A stretch of 63,334 nucleotides of DNA, taken from contig JAZOVO010000094.1 in assembly GCA_045658745.1 (NCBI GenBank), positions 1 to 63,334 on the forward strand. Direction: 5' to 3'. Below are positions 17,744 through 25,416 of the stretch, in pieces. Each line of letters begins with the position of its first letter. Within the stretch, counting starts at the first letter, position 1. The stretch comes from Acutalibacteraceae bacterium. GTDB taxonomy: Bacteria; Bacillota; Clostridia; Oscillospirales; Acutalibacteraceae. The notes beneath the pieces were generated by a model that was not told the origin of the DNA, did no database searches, and worked only from the letters and a program-made list of their open reading frames with translations. The position numbers were made by a program, and so were the translations under genes.

Positions 17744-18691
17744 TTAATATTTCACGTTCCTGATAATTTCCTTCAGACACTCGGCACTTCTCTGAAGAGC
17801 AAGAGTCTCCTTAGTTGTAAGAGGAAGCAGAAGCTTGCTTGTTGCACCCTCTCTGCCTACAACGTTGAGAAGGCTGAGGCAGACATCGTCAATGCCGTAT
17901 TCACCGTGAAGCATTGTTGAAACGGTGAGGGGAGTATCAATACCGCCCATAAGACTGCGGCAGATGTGGCAGACGGAAGCGGAAACCGCGTAGAAGGTTG
18001 CACCCTTGTCAAGGATAACGCGTGCGCCTGAGTTGCGGACATAGTTTTCAACAATGTCAAAATCAATGTCGGGATAAAGCTTACCGTCAGCGCGGATAAT
18101 TGAGGTGCTCAGCTCTGCAATGGGGATGTTTGAGATATTTGCAAGTGACCAGGGTACAAATGAGGAGTCGCCGTGCTCACCCATAACATAAGCGTGAACG
18201 TTGCGCTCGTTGATGCCGTAAATCTTGGAAAGCTTTGCACGGAGTCTTGCGGTATCAAGGATTGTACCTGAGCCGATTACTCTCTCCTCGGGGATGCCTG
18301 AGTTTTTGCAGAACACATAAGTAAGAACATCAACGGGGTTACTTACGATGATATATGTTGCATCGGGTGCATACTTTGTGATTTCGGGTGTGATGCTGTT
18401 GAGAATATCAATATTTATCTGTGCAAGGTCGAGGCGTGACATACCGGGCTTTCTTGCGGCGCCTGATGTGATAATTACAATGTTTGAATCCTTTGCGTCG
18501 CTGTACTCGCCTGAGTAAACACGGCAGGGAGTACAGAAGGGTGTGCCCTGCTGAATGTCGAGAGCTTCGCCGAATGCCTTTTTGCTGTTGATGTCAATCA
18601 TACAGATTTCGTTGGCAATACCCATAACCATAAGGGTGTAAGAAATTGTTGAGCCAACACTGCCCGAGCCGATAATTGTGATTTTTTTCAT
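17744..18691 (-). CDS. ldh: L-lactate dehydrogenase
   Basis: 315 aa. N-terminal IIGSGSVG and catalytic-region GEHGDS. L-LDH length and motifs. Confidence 0.9.
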   Translation of the reverse strand: MKKITIIGSGSVGSTISYTLMVMGIANEICMIDINSKKAFGEALDIQQGTPFCTPCRVYSGEYSDAKDSNIVIITSGAARKPGMSRLDLAQINIDILNSITPEITKYAPDATYIIVSNPVDVLTYVFCKNSGIPEERVIGSGTILDTARLRAKLSKIYGINERNVHAYVMGEHGDSSFVPWSLANISNIPIAELSTSIIRADGKLYPDIDFDIVENYVRNSGARVILDKGATFYAVSASVCHICRSLMGGIDTPLTVSTMLHGEYGIDDVCLSLLNVVGREGATSKLLLPLTTKETLALQRSAECLKEIIRNVKY

Positions 18692-19063
18692 TCTTTATCA
18701 TCCTTTGCTGTTTATTGTGAAGCCTACGCCTATAGAGGCTTTTACATCGTAAAGCGGTATTTTAAGGCCGTTGATATCAATCTCCGACTGTTTCCATTAT
18801 ATACTATAGCACATAAAAAAACAAATGGGAAGCACCAATTTTCATATGGTGTTATTATAATTTTGCATAGCAGAGCCCTCACGTGCGGGATTTTCCGCCC
18901 TGACAGACGAAAGCCTGTCCGTGTGAGGTGTACTGCTTTTTATTGAGCCGTCAAGGGGTGAAGAGTTGTCCTCAAAAAAGCAATGAGCAAAAATATCGCT
19001 GCTGTCGGAATTTCTTTTTTTCATCTGTAACCAAATTTCTCCTTTTCCGTATACTGTTGATGT

Positions 19064-19342
19064 AAGGTGACAGTAGTCGAACCGAATAAGCCTTAAATGT
19101 CCGAATTACAGCACCTTTGATGATTTTTCTCCTCGCAAGACGCGAGTATTGTTTCGTCGAAGAAATCCTCAAATGCACTATAACTCGGGCATTTAAGGTT
19201 CTTCGAAGTTTTACGGGAGGAGATTTTTATCGTAACAAGGCAAAAAACGCAGAAAGGCTGTCGCCTTTCAAGGATTTTTAACGAAGTTACGGTGAAAATA
19301 TACACCGTAAAACCTTGTTCGGTTCGTCTACTGTCACCTTAA
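19064..19342. repeat. 28-bp inverted repeats (26/28 match) flanking a 223-bp segment: candidate invertible element or MITE
   Basis: IRL 19064-19091 is TAAGGTGACAGTAGTCGAACCGAATAAG. IRR 19315-19342 is CTTGTTCGGTTCGTCTACTGTCACCTTA. The segment contains a terminator-like hairpin GAAAGGC-TGTC-GCCTTTC (19253-19270). It ends 44 nt upstream of the tiny CDS. Confidence 0.6.
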
Positions 19343-19385
19343 GGTCAATCAGAAGGTTGACCGAGATGGAAGGGAGGTCAGCTTG

Positions 19386-19550
19386 ATGTGTAACAACGGT
19401 CTTTTCGGCGGTAACTGCTGCTCATGGATTATCATCCTTCTTGTTTTAATGTTCTTCTGCGGCGGTGACAACGGTTGCGGTAACACAGCCAACTACGGCG
19501 GTAACTGCGGCTGCGGTAACTGCGGCTGTCAGAACAACTGCGGTTGCTGA
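19386..19550 (+). CDS. Tiny Cys/Gly/Asn-rich single-TM protein (YjcZ-like composition)
   Basis: 54 aa, below the ORF-track cutoff: MCNNGLFGGNCCSWIIILLVLMFFCGGDNGCGNTANYGGNCGCGNCGCQNNCGC. RBS GGGAGG upstream of the ATG and a strong hairpin directly after the stop. Confidence 0.6.
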   Translation: MCNNGLFGGNCCSWIIILLVLMFFCGGDNGCGNTANYGGNCGCGNCGCQNNCGC

Positions 19551-19562
19551 CACTAACGGCGC

Positions 19563-19596
19563 AAAGAAGGGTCAACCGAAGGGTTGACCCTTCTTT
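19563..19596 (+). terminator. Intrinsic terminator hairpin after the tiny CDS
   Basis: AAAGAAGGGTCAACC-GAA-GGGTTGACCCTTCTTT, a ~15-bp stem. Confidence 0.7.
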
Positions 19597-19597
19597 G

Positions 19598-19824
19598 AAT
19601 GCAAAATGCAAAATGTAAAATGCAAAATGAATGGTCGCTTCGCTCCGTATTATACCCGTGTTAAGCTTGCTTTGATTTTTACAGCTTTACCGCAAAAGTG
19701 CGGGTAATTATAATTTACTGTTTCGAAATTGCATGAAATTTATTTATGCAGGTTACAGTTTACAGTTGTGCAAATCGTACCCCTCGACCGCAATTTTGCA
19801 TTTTGCATTTTTAATTTTGCATTT
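19598..19824 (+). mobile_element. (AAATGC)n-TIR MITE-like element, copy 2
   Basis: TIRs at 19598-19629 and 19793-19824. The right TIR overlaps the stop codon (19823-19825) of the deacetylase gene. Confidence 0.8.
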
Positions 19825-20854
19825 ATTTAACCAGCTCCGTCAGCGGCTTGAACGTATACCCTTCTGCACGTGCCTTGTCAATAATCTCGGGAAGGGCGGC
19901 GGCGTTGTCTCTTGAAACGCTGTGAAGAAGAATTACCGCACCGGGATGAAGCCGTGACATAACGGTTTTTACGGCGTAGTCCTTACCCTGAATTTTGTCC
20001 ACATTCCAGTCGTTATATGCAACGGACCAGAAAACGCTTACATAACCGAGCGCCGCAATCTGATCAAGGGCATTTTCCGTGTATTCGCCCGCGGGAAAGC
20101 GGAAAAATTTTGAGGCGTAGCCGTAATTCTTACGCAGGTAGTTTTCTGTTTCCTCAAGCTCCTTTGCAATTTTGTCACGGCTTATCGTTGCAAAGGAGGG
20201 GTGAGTTGCCGAGTGGTTGCCGACAATGTGCCCCTCGTTTATCATACGGCTGATGATTTGTGTTTCCTTTTCAATGTGGTCAAGGGTGCAGAAGAAGGCG
20301 GCAGGCACCTGCTTTTCCTTCAGAGTGTCGAGCACCGAGGCTGTGAGATTTTCATATTCGTAGCCGCAGTCAAAGGTAAGGTAAAGCACCTTTTCCTCGG
20401 TCACGGTGTCAAGGGTGAAGGCGGAAAAATCGTCGAAGCTCTCCTGAAAGGCAACGACGGTGTGATGTGGCTTCCCGCCCGAGGCAGGGCCGTGGGAGTG
20501 AGAAAGCTTTTCATCCGAAAGACGTCTGTCGCTTCTCGGGGCGGTTGCGGTCAGGGTGACTTCGGGCAAGGCGGAAAGTCCGCTTAAGGTGTCTGCGCCC
20601 GGCTGACCCTTTACTACAAGTCCGTTTTTTGTTATGGGATACCCCGTGAAGGTGCCCTCGGTATTGATTACCGTTGACTGGTTTATAGGCTGAGTCAGCT
20701 CCGTTACGGCGGGAGCCTTTGTCAGAGATGTACCCTGCTCGGTTGTACTGCCTGTGGGGAAGGTGACGGTGGTTTCCCCGCCCTTTGCTGTTTTTCCGCA
20801 GGCGCAAAGAAGGGTGAGGCTGAGGGCGAGTATAACTGAAAAAGCTTTTTTCAT
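19823..20854 (-). CDS. Polysaccharide deacetylase (NodB-domain) lipoprotein
   Basis: 343 aa. Lipobox LLCACG. NodB motifs FDCGYE and GNHSATHP. Confidence 0.8.
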   Translation of the reverse strand: MKKAFSVILALSLTLLCACGKTAKGGETTVTFPTGSTTEQGTSLTKAPAVTELTQPINQSTVINTEGTFTGYPITKNGLVVKGQPGADTLSGLSALPEVTLTATAPRSDRRLSDEKLSHSHGPASGGKPHHTVVAFQESFDDFSAFTLDTVTEEKVLYLTFDCGYEYENLTASVLDTLKEKQVPAAFFCTLDHIEKETQIISRMINEGHIVGNHSATHPSFATISRDKIAKELEETENYLRKNYGYASKFFRFPAGEYTENALDQIAALGYVSVFWSVAYNDWNVDKIQGKDYAVKTVMSRLHPGAVILLHSVSRDNAAALPEIIDKARAEGYTFKPLTELVK

Positions 20855-20919
20855 ATCTGTTCTCCTTTTTTTATTTATGTAGGGGCTGAGCCTGATGCAC
20901 AGACCCCGTTAAAGCGGTT

Positions 20920-21096
20920 TTATCTGAACATATATTTCATATCGCCCATAAGGTCATTTGCCGCCTTCATCATTGCTTTTGACTTTTTACGCGCCATTTT
21001 CTTCATACCGTTGCCCGTCATCATACCCTTGAGGTATGCGGTTGTGCCGCCGATTGCCATACCGATGCCGATGCCCTTTACGATGCTTTTCATCAT
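20920..21096 (-). CDS. Small Met/Lys/Gly-rich hypothetical protein (58 aa)
   Basis: Not in the ORF track. MMKSIVKGIGIGMAIGGTTAYLKGMMTGNGMKKMARKKSKAMMKAANDLMGDMKYMFR. RBS GGAGGGAGG upstream. Confidence 0.5.
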   Translation of the reverse strand: MMKSIVKGIGIGMAIGGTTAYLKGMMTGNGMKKMARKKSKAMMKAANDLMGDMKYMFR

Positions 21097-21246
21097 TTTT
21101 CCTCCCTCTTCCTTTCAAGCTTTGTTTTGCCTTTTACGGCAGAATTATTTTTTGCGCCGAGGGGGATAAAAAATCATGACAGATATTTCATTTTTTATTT
21201 TTAAGTGATATAATAAAAAATAATTTCAGAATCAAGGAGCATAAAA

Positions 21247-21753
21247 ATGCCTGAGCTTAACATTGTTTTATTCCAGCCGCAGATTCCCCAGAATACGGGT
21301 AACATTGCAAGAACCTGTGCCGCAACGGGCGCAAGGCTTCACCTTGTAAAGCCTATGGGCTTCACCGTTGACGATAAAAAGCTCAAAAGAGCGGGTCTTG
21401 ACTACTGGTATCTGCTTGACATAACCTACTACGAAAGCACAGAGGAGTTTTTTGAAAAAAATAAGGACGGAAAATTTTTCTACCTTACAACAAAGGGCAG
21501 AAACACATTTACCGAAACGGAGTTTCCCGAGGGCTGCTATATAATCTTCGGCAGAGAGGATGCGGGCATTCCCGAGGAAATTCTTGCGGAAAATCCGGGC
21601 ACAAGTCTGCGTATACCTATGAGGAAAGAAGCGAGAAGCCTTAACCTTTCAAACACCGTTGCAATCGTTACCTATGAGGTGCTTCGTCAGTGGGGTTATC
21701 CCGACTTGCTTTGTGAGGGTGAGCTTACAAGATATGACTGGGACAGGGTATGA
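21247..21753 (+). CDS. trmL: tRNA (cytidine/uridine-34-2'-O)-methyltransferase TrmL (SpoU family)
   Basis: 168 aa. IPQNTGNIARTCAATG and RAGLDYW motifs are typical of TrmL/YibK. Confidence 0.85.
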   Translation: MPELNIVLFQPQIPQNTGNIARTCAATGARLHLVKPMGFTVDDKKLKRAGLDYWYLLDITYYESTEEFFEKNKDGKFFYLTTKGRNTFTETEFPEGCYIIFGREDAGIPEEILAENPGTSLRIPMRKEARSLNLSNTVAIVTYEVLRQWGYPDLLCEGELTRYDWDRV

Positions 21754-21791
21754 ACCGGGAACAAATCAGATATTGTCATTTTAAACAAAAG

Positions 21792-21825
21792 GGGAGCTTT
21801 TATTCTGTTGAAAGCTCCTAATTTT
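21792..21825 (+). terminator. Intrinsic terminator after trmL
   Basis: GGAGCTTT...AAAGCTCC stem followed by TAATTTTT. Confidence 0.65.
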
Positions 21826-21943
21826 TGTAAAACTTAAAAAAACTTAAAATATATATAGATTTAAACCTTGTATTATGCTATAATTTATCATTGTATTAAG
21901 GTGGCATTTTGTCGCCTTGGATTTTGAAAAGAGGAGGCAAATA

Positions 21944-24325
21944 ATGGCTAACAAAATCAACACAATTCTCTCCGACGCCCGTACCTATTGGAAAATTCCC
22001 ATGCCCGGACGTTACATGACCTTCAAGGAAATTGCAGCCTATGCCGGCGGCGGTATCGGTGCTTATTTCCTTATCTACATGGGCGGTCAGCTTGCTGTTA
22101 ACATCAACAATATGATCGTCGGCGGTGCAATCGGTCTTTCACCGACACACATGTACATACTTTATGTTATTGCAACTCTTGCAAACATTCCTCTGACTGC
22201 AATCAGAGCGAATATGATTGACAACACCCGCAATAAGGCCGGTAAGTACAGACCCTACCTTATTTCTATGGGTATTCCCACAATTATCATTGCTCTTGCA
22301 TATGTGTGGTTCCCCTATGATGTGCTTTACGATATGTTCCCCGGACAGATTTTCAATCTTGACGGCGGTTATGTTGCAAAGGCTGCGGTTGTTCTCTTCT
22401 TCAATCTGCTGCTGCAGTTCTTCTTCAACTTCTTCAGTGATGCTTACACAAACCTTATTCACGTTCTTTCACCCAACACACAGGAAAGAACTGACGTGCT
22501 TGCAATAAAGAGCGTTGTTTATTCACTTGCTCCCTCAATTGCAAATATTATCCTTCCCGTTGTTTCACAGTATCTTACCAACAACAGAATGGACGATATC
22601 AGACTTTACAGAGTCACCTATCCCGTATTCTCACTTATCGGTATCGGCCTTACAATCCTTGTTTTCGCAAACACCAAGGAAAAGATTGTTCAGGCAAAGA
22701 CCCGTGTTGTTCAGGTACGCTTTATGGACTCCTTTAAGTCCGTTGCAAAGAACAAGTACTTCTGGATTATTGCACTTGCAGGCTGGCTCGGCTTCCTTGA
22801 GGGCTCCTACGGCAATATCATGAACTGGACCTACAACTACGGCCATGCATGTAACGGTACTACAATGGGTATCATCAACACCGTTGTCGGTAATGCTTCG
22901 ATGTGGGGTATGATTATTGCTCCCTTGTGTATCCGCCGCTTCGGTAAAAAGAATGTGCTTATAGGCGTTAATACAATGAATATTGTATGCATTCTTGCAA
23001 TGGGTCTTAACAAGACAAACATTTACTGGCTTGCAGTCTGCGTTTACTTCAACTGGCTCTTCGGTGCCTTTGAGCAGATTACAACTCCCGCTATTCAGGC
23101 TGACATCCGTGACTATCACCAGTACAAGACAGGTGAAAGAATTGACGGTATGTTTGCAACCGTTCAGACAATCGGTAACATTGTAACCCTTGTTACCTCC
23201 TCAATTATTCCCTTCGTTTACGAGCACTACGGCATTTACGAGGGTAACGGCTATGAGAACTCACTTGCTATCCTTGATGTTGAAACAGGTGAGCCCGGAC
23301 TTCTTCCCAAAATCGTCGGCACAATCATCCTTATGGCTGCCTTCGGTGCATTCCTCAATATGGTTCCCTATCTCTTCTATGACCTTAAGGAAAAGGATCA
23401 GAGAGGTATCATCCGCGTGCTCAAGATCCGCGCTATGTTCGAGGATTACGGCAACGGTATCCGCAACGATGCAGAGCTTGTTGAGGCTATTGACATCATC
23501 CGTGATGCAAGAGAAACCGCTCTTCTTTCATTCAAGGAGATTGACAAGAAGCTTCCCGGTAAGGAGCGCAGAAAGCTCAAGGCTGAAAACGAAGAAATCG
23601 AAATTGCAAAATTTGTTGTTGCAGAGCTTGAAAAGTTCAGCTCCAAGGTTATTATGACCAAGGTTGCTGCTAACGAAAAGGTTTACAGCGCAGGTCTTAT
23701 GGGTCTTTACAATGCAGATATGAACGCAATCAAGGAAGAGCTTGCCGCTGCAAAGCTTATGCCTACAGGCACAGAGGAAGAAAAAGAGCTTCGTAAGTTT
23801 GCAATTGAAATTGCAAAGAACAAGAAGGCTTCACGTAAGGCAATCACTAAGTACTACAAGAGCGCTTCCGAATTTGTACAGCCCGACTTTGCGGTTATTG
23901 AAAAGCTTTACAACAGAGAAGATGCTGCTGACGAAAAGATCAGAGAGCTTTATCTCAAGAAGGACGAGGCAAAGAAGGCTAAGGACAAGGACCTTGCAAT
24001 GAGTCTCGGCGTTGAAGCAAAGCTTCTTGAAAAGGAAAAGAAGCAGATTCAGAAGGACATCAAGACCGAAATGGACAAGCACGCACAGTTCAACCGTGCA
24101 GCGAAGCCCTATCTTGATGCTGAAAAGCTTATGAAGGATAAGGAAAACTACGCTCACTTTGATGACATTGCTGAAATGTACGAGGAGAGCAAGGCTGCCG
24201 CAGAGGCTGCACGTCAGGCACAGCTTGATGAGCAGAAGCGTCTTGATGAAGAAAAGGCAGCAAAGACAAAGCAGCTTAAGGAAGAAAAGGAAGCTGCAAA
24301 GGCTGCAAAGAAGCTTAAGAAATAA
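21944..24325 (+). CDS. GPH-like symporter fused to a ~310-aa Lys/Glu/Ala-rich coiled-coil-like C-terminal tail
   Basis: 793 aa from ATG 21944 (RBS GAGGAGG). GPH-like DNTRNKAGKYRPY loop and about 12 TM segments. After VLKIRAMF comes a long, highly charged, low-complexity tail. Confidence 0.75.
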   Translation: MANKINTILSDARTYWKIPMPGRYMTFKEIAAYAGGGIGAYFLIYMGGQLAVNINNMIVGGAIGLSPTHMYILYVIATLANIPLTAIRANMIDNTRNKAGKYRPYLISMGIPTIIIALAYVWFPYDVLYDMFPGQIFNLDGGYVAKAAVVLFFNLLLQFFFNFFSDAYTNLIHVLSPNTQERTDVLAIKSVVYSLAPSIANIILPVVSQYLTNNRMDDIRLYRVTYPVFSLIGIGLTILVFANTKEKIVQAKTRVVQVRFMDSFKSVAKNKYFWIIALAGWLGFLEGSYGNIMNWTYNYGHACNGTTMGIINTVVGNASMWGMIIAPLCIRRFGKKNVLIGVNTMNIVCILAMGLNKTNIYWLAVCVYFNWLFGAFEQITTPAIQADIRDYHQYKTGERIDGMFATVQTIGNIVTLVTSSIIPFVYEHYGIYEGNGYENSLAILDVETGEPGLLPKIVGTIILMAAFGAFLNMVPYLFYDLKEKDQRGIIRVLKIRAMFEDYGNGIRNDAELVEAIDIIRDARETALLSFKEIDKKLPGKERRKLKAENEEIEIAKFVVAELEKFSSKVIMTKVAANEKVYSAGLMGLYNADMNAIKEELAAAKLMPTGTEEEKELRKFAIEIAKNKKASRKAITKYYKSASEFVQPDFAVIEKLYNREDAADEKIRELYLKKDEAKKAKDKDLAMSLGVEAKLLEKEKKQIQKDIKTEMDKHAQFNRAAKPYLDAEKLMKDKENYAHFDDIAEMYEESKAAAEAARQAQLDEQKRLDEEKAAKTKQLKEEKEAAKAAKKLKK

Positions 24326-24330
24326 AAACT

Positions 24331-24363
24331 AAAAGTTTTGGTCAAGCTTTTACAAAAGCTTGC
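24331..24363 (+). repeat. Stop-proximal element type H (SPE-H): AAAAGTTTTGG + TCAAGCTTTT-AC-AAAAGCTTG hairpin
   Basis: Starts 6 nt after the GPH stop, sense orientation. Confidence 0.85.
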
Positions 24364-24364
24364 A

Positions 24365-24501
24365 GGGCATCGTCGCCGAAGCGCCGCCAGTGGCGGATGC
24401 AGCGAGGCGAGGATGGCGTAGCGGTCAAAATCGCTCGGCGCTACAAGCCGATAAGCGATTTTGGGAACCGCAAGAGAGCAGCGGGGGTGAAACCCCTTAC
24501 G
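24365..24501 (+). repeat. Family-B hairpin-rich element, copy 1
   Basis: GGGCATCGTCGCCGAAGCG-CCGCC-AGTG-GCGG-ATGC...AAAATCGCT..AGCGATTTT-GGGAACCGCAAGAG. Other copies at 25290 (-), 45679 (-) and 31575 (partial). Confidence 0.8.
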
Positions 24502-24513
24502 TGTTAAAAAATC

Positions 24514-24545
24514 ACACCGTCTTGAAAAAGGCGGTGTTTTTGTAT
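24514..24545 (+). terminator. Intrinsic terminator (ACACCG..CGGTGT module)
   Basis: ACACCGTC-TTGAAAAA-GGCGGTGT followed by TTTTTG. Confidence 0.65.
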
Positions 24546-24564
24546 TGGTTATTTTGCTTTTGTG

Positions 24565-24593
24565 TTGATTTTTTATTTGTTTTGTGGTATATT
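24565..24593 (+). promoter_or_regulatory. sigma-A-type promoter of hypothetical gene 24773
   Basis: TTGATT (24565-24570), 17-nt spacer, TATATT (24588-24593). Confidence 0.6.
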
Positions 24594-24597
24594 ATTC

Positions 24598-24750
24598 TTG
24601 CGACAACAAATCCGAATATTTTACCGACTCAGAGAAACACTTTGGAAAAAGTGTATCTCTTATTTTACTTCTCTTTGTCGGGTAGTAGGATTTGTGTCGC
24701 AACAAATGAGATGCATTTTTCGGTGTGTCTCTTTTGGGACACACTTTTTT
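24598..24750 (+). promoter_or_regulatory. Structured 5' leader ending in a terminator-like hairpin
   Basis: Long-range stem TTGCGACAACAAATCC (24598-24613) / GGATTTGTGTCGCAA (24688-24702). Inner hairpin AGAGAAACACTTT/AGTGTATCTCT. Then GTGTGTC-TCTTTTGG-GACACAC + TTTTTT (24723-24750), just before the RBS. Confidence 0.5.
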
Positions 24751-24772
24751 ATTTTTGCGGAGGTTGAAAACA

Positions 24773-25204
24773 ATGAGAGTTAAATTGGAGGAAAAGGATT
24801 TTGAAAGATTGTTGAGTTACTGTCTTCACCACAAAAACAGTGGCAGAATGAAATATTTTTATGAAATTTCAATTCCTGACAGTGAATATAAATCTTTCCT
24901 TGATTGGCTTGAAAAATGCGAAGATGCAAGTCTGACCTATATTTTTACCGTAATAAAACGTTATGAGGGACATAAACTCCTTTATGGTTTTACGAACTTT
25001 GAAGTGGTTGAAGATTTTACATTTAACTGTTTTGATTTCTGCTTTGAAAATGACGATATACTAATTAAGAAATTTCGCGAATGGAAATATGAAAGTGAAT
25101 ATATTCTTTTGCCTTTTTCGTTACTTGGTTACTTTAAGGTAATGGATGCGATTGCAAATGAGTTTGATAATATTAAACCGCTGATATCTGATGTAACTGA
25201 ATAA
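24773..25204 (+). CDS. Hypothetical protein (143 aa), AT-rich
   Basis: ATG 24773 with RBS GGAGG. I recognise no motifs. Flanked by inverted family-B copies. Confidence 0.55.
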   Translation: MRVKLEEKDFERLLSYCLHHKNSGRMKYFYEISIPDSEYKSFLDWLEKCEDASLTYIFTVIKRYEGHKLLYGFTNFEVVEDFTFNCFDFCFENDDILIKKFREWKYESEYILLPFSLLGYFKVMDAIANEFDNIKPLISDVTE

Positions 25205-25208
25205 AAAC

Positions 25209-25245
25209 ACCCCGTTTTGAATTCCAAAACGGGGTAATTTGTTTT
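25209..25245 (+). terminator. Intrinsic terminator after hypothetical gene
   Basis: ACCCCGTTTTG-AATTC-CAAAACGGGGT followed by AATTTGTTTT. Confidence 0.75.
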
Positions 25246-25410
25246 ATCGCTCGCCGCGGGGCGTCACTTTTCTTGTAAGGAAAGTAGTCCTCTTGCGGTT
25301 CCCAAAATTCATAACGGCTTGGAGCGCCTATGAATTTTGACCGCTGCGCCATCCTCGCCTCGCTGCATCCGCCACAGGCGGCGCTTCGGTGACGATGCCA
25401 AAAGAACTTT
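25243..25410 (-). repeat. Composite: SPE-A split by a family-B core (copy 2)
   Basis: Read on the minus strand after the ligase stop: AAAAGTTCTTTTGG | family-B core (25290-25399) | hairpin TACTTTCCTTACAAGAAAAGTGA + CGCCCCGCGGCGAGCGA. The B core sits between the SPE-A leader and its hairpin. Confidence 0.75.
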
Positions 25411-25416
25411 TAGTGT

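Noticed and set aside
18842-19024. 60-aa minus-strand ORF between ldh and the IR-flanked segment.
   Set aside because: The spacing from AAAGGAG to the ATG is about 14 nt, and the sequence is Ser/Asp-rich low complexity with no recognisable domain. It is not supportable without conservation data.
24360-24767. ORFs that translate the repeat modules. Examples: 24360-24767, 25337-25630, 45634-45816, 37613-37990, 32163-32429 (recurring peptide strings such as VKLLQKLAG and AARRGWRSGQNRSALQA), and 43009-43278 / 43198-43398.
   Set aside because: The similarity comes from repeated DNA read in whichever frame is open. There are no RBSs. The frames differ or break between copies, and the sequences are dominated by hairpins. 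These are not protein genes.
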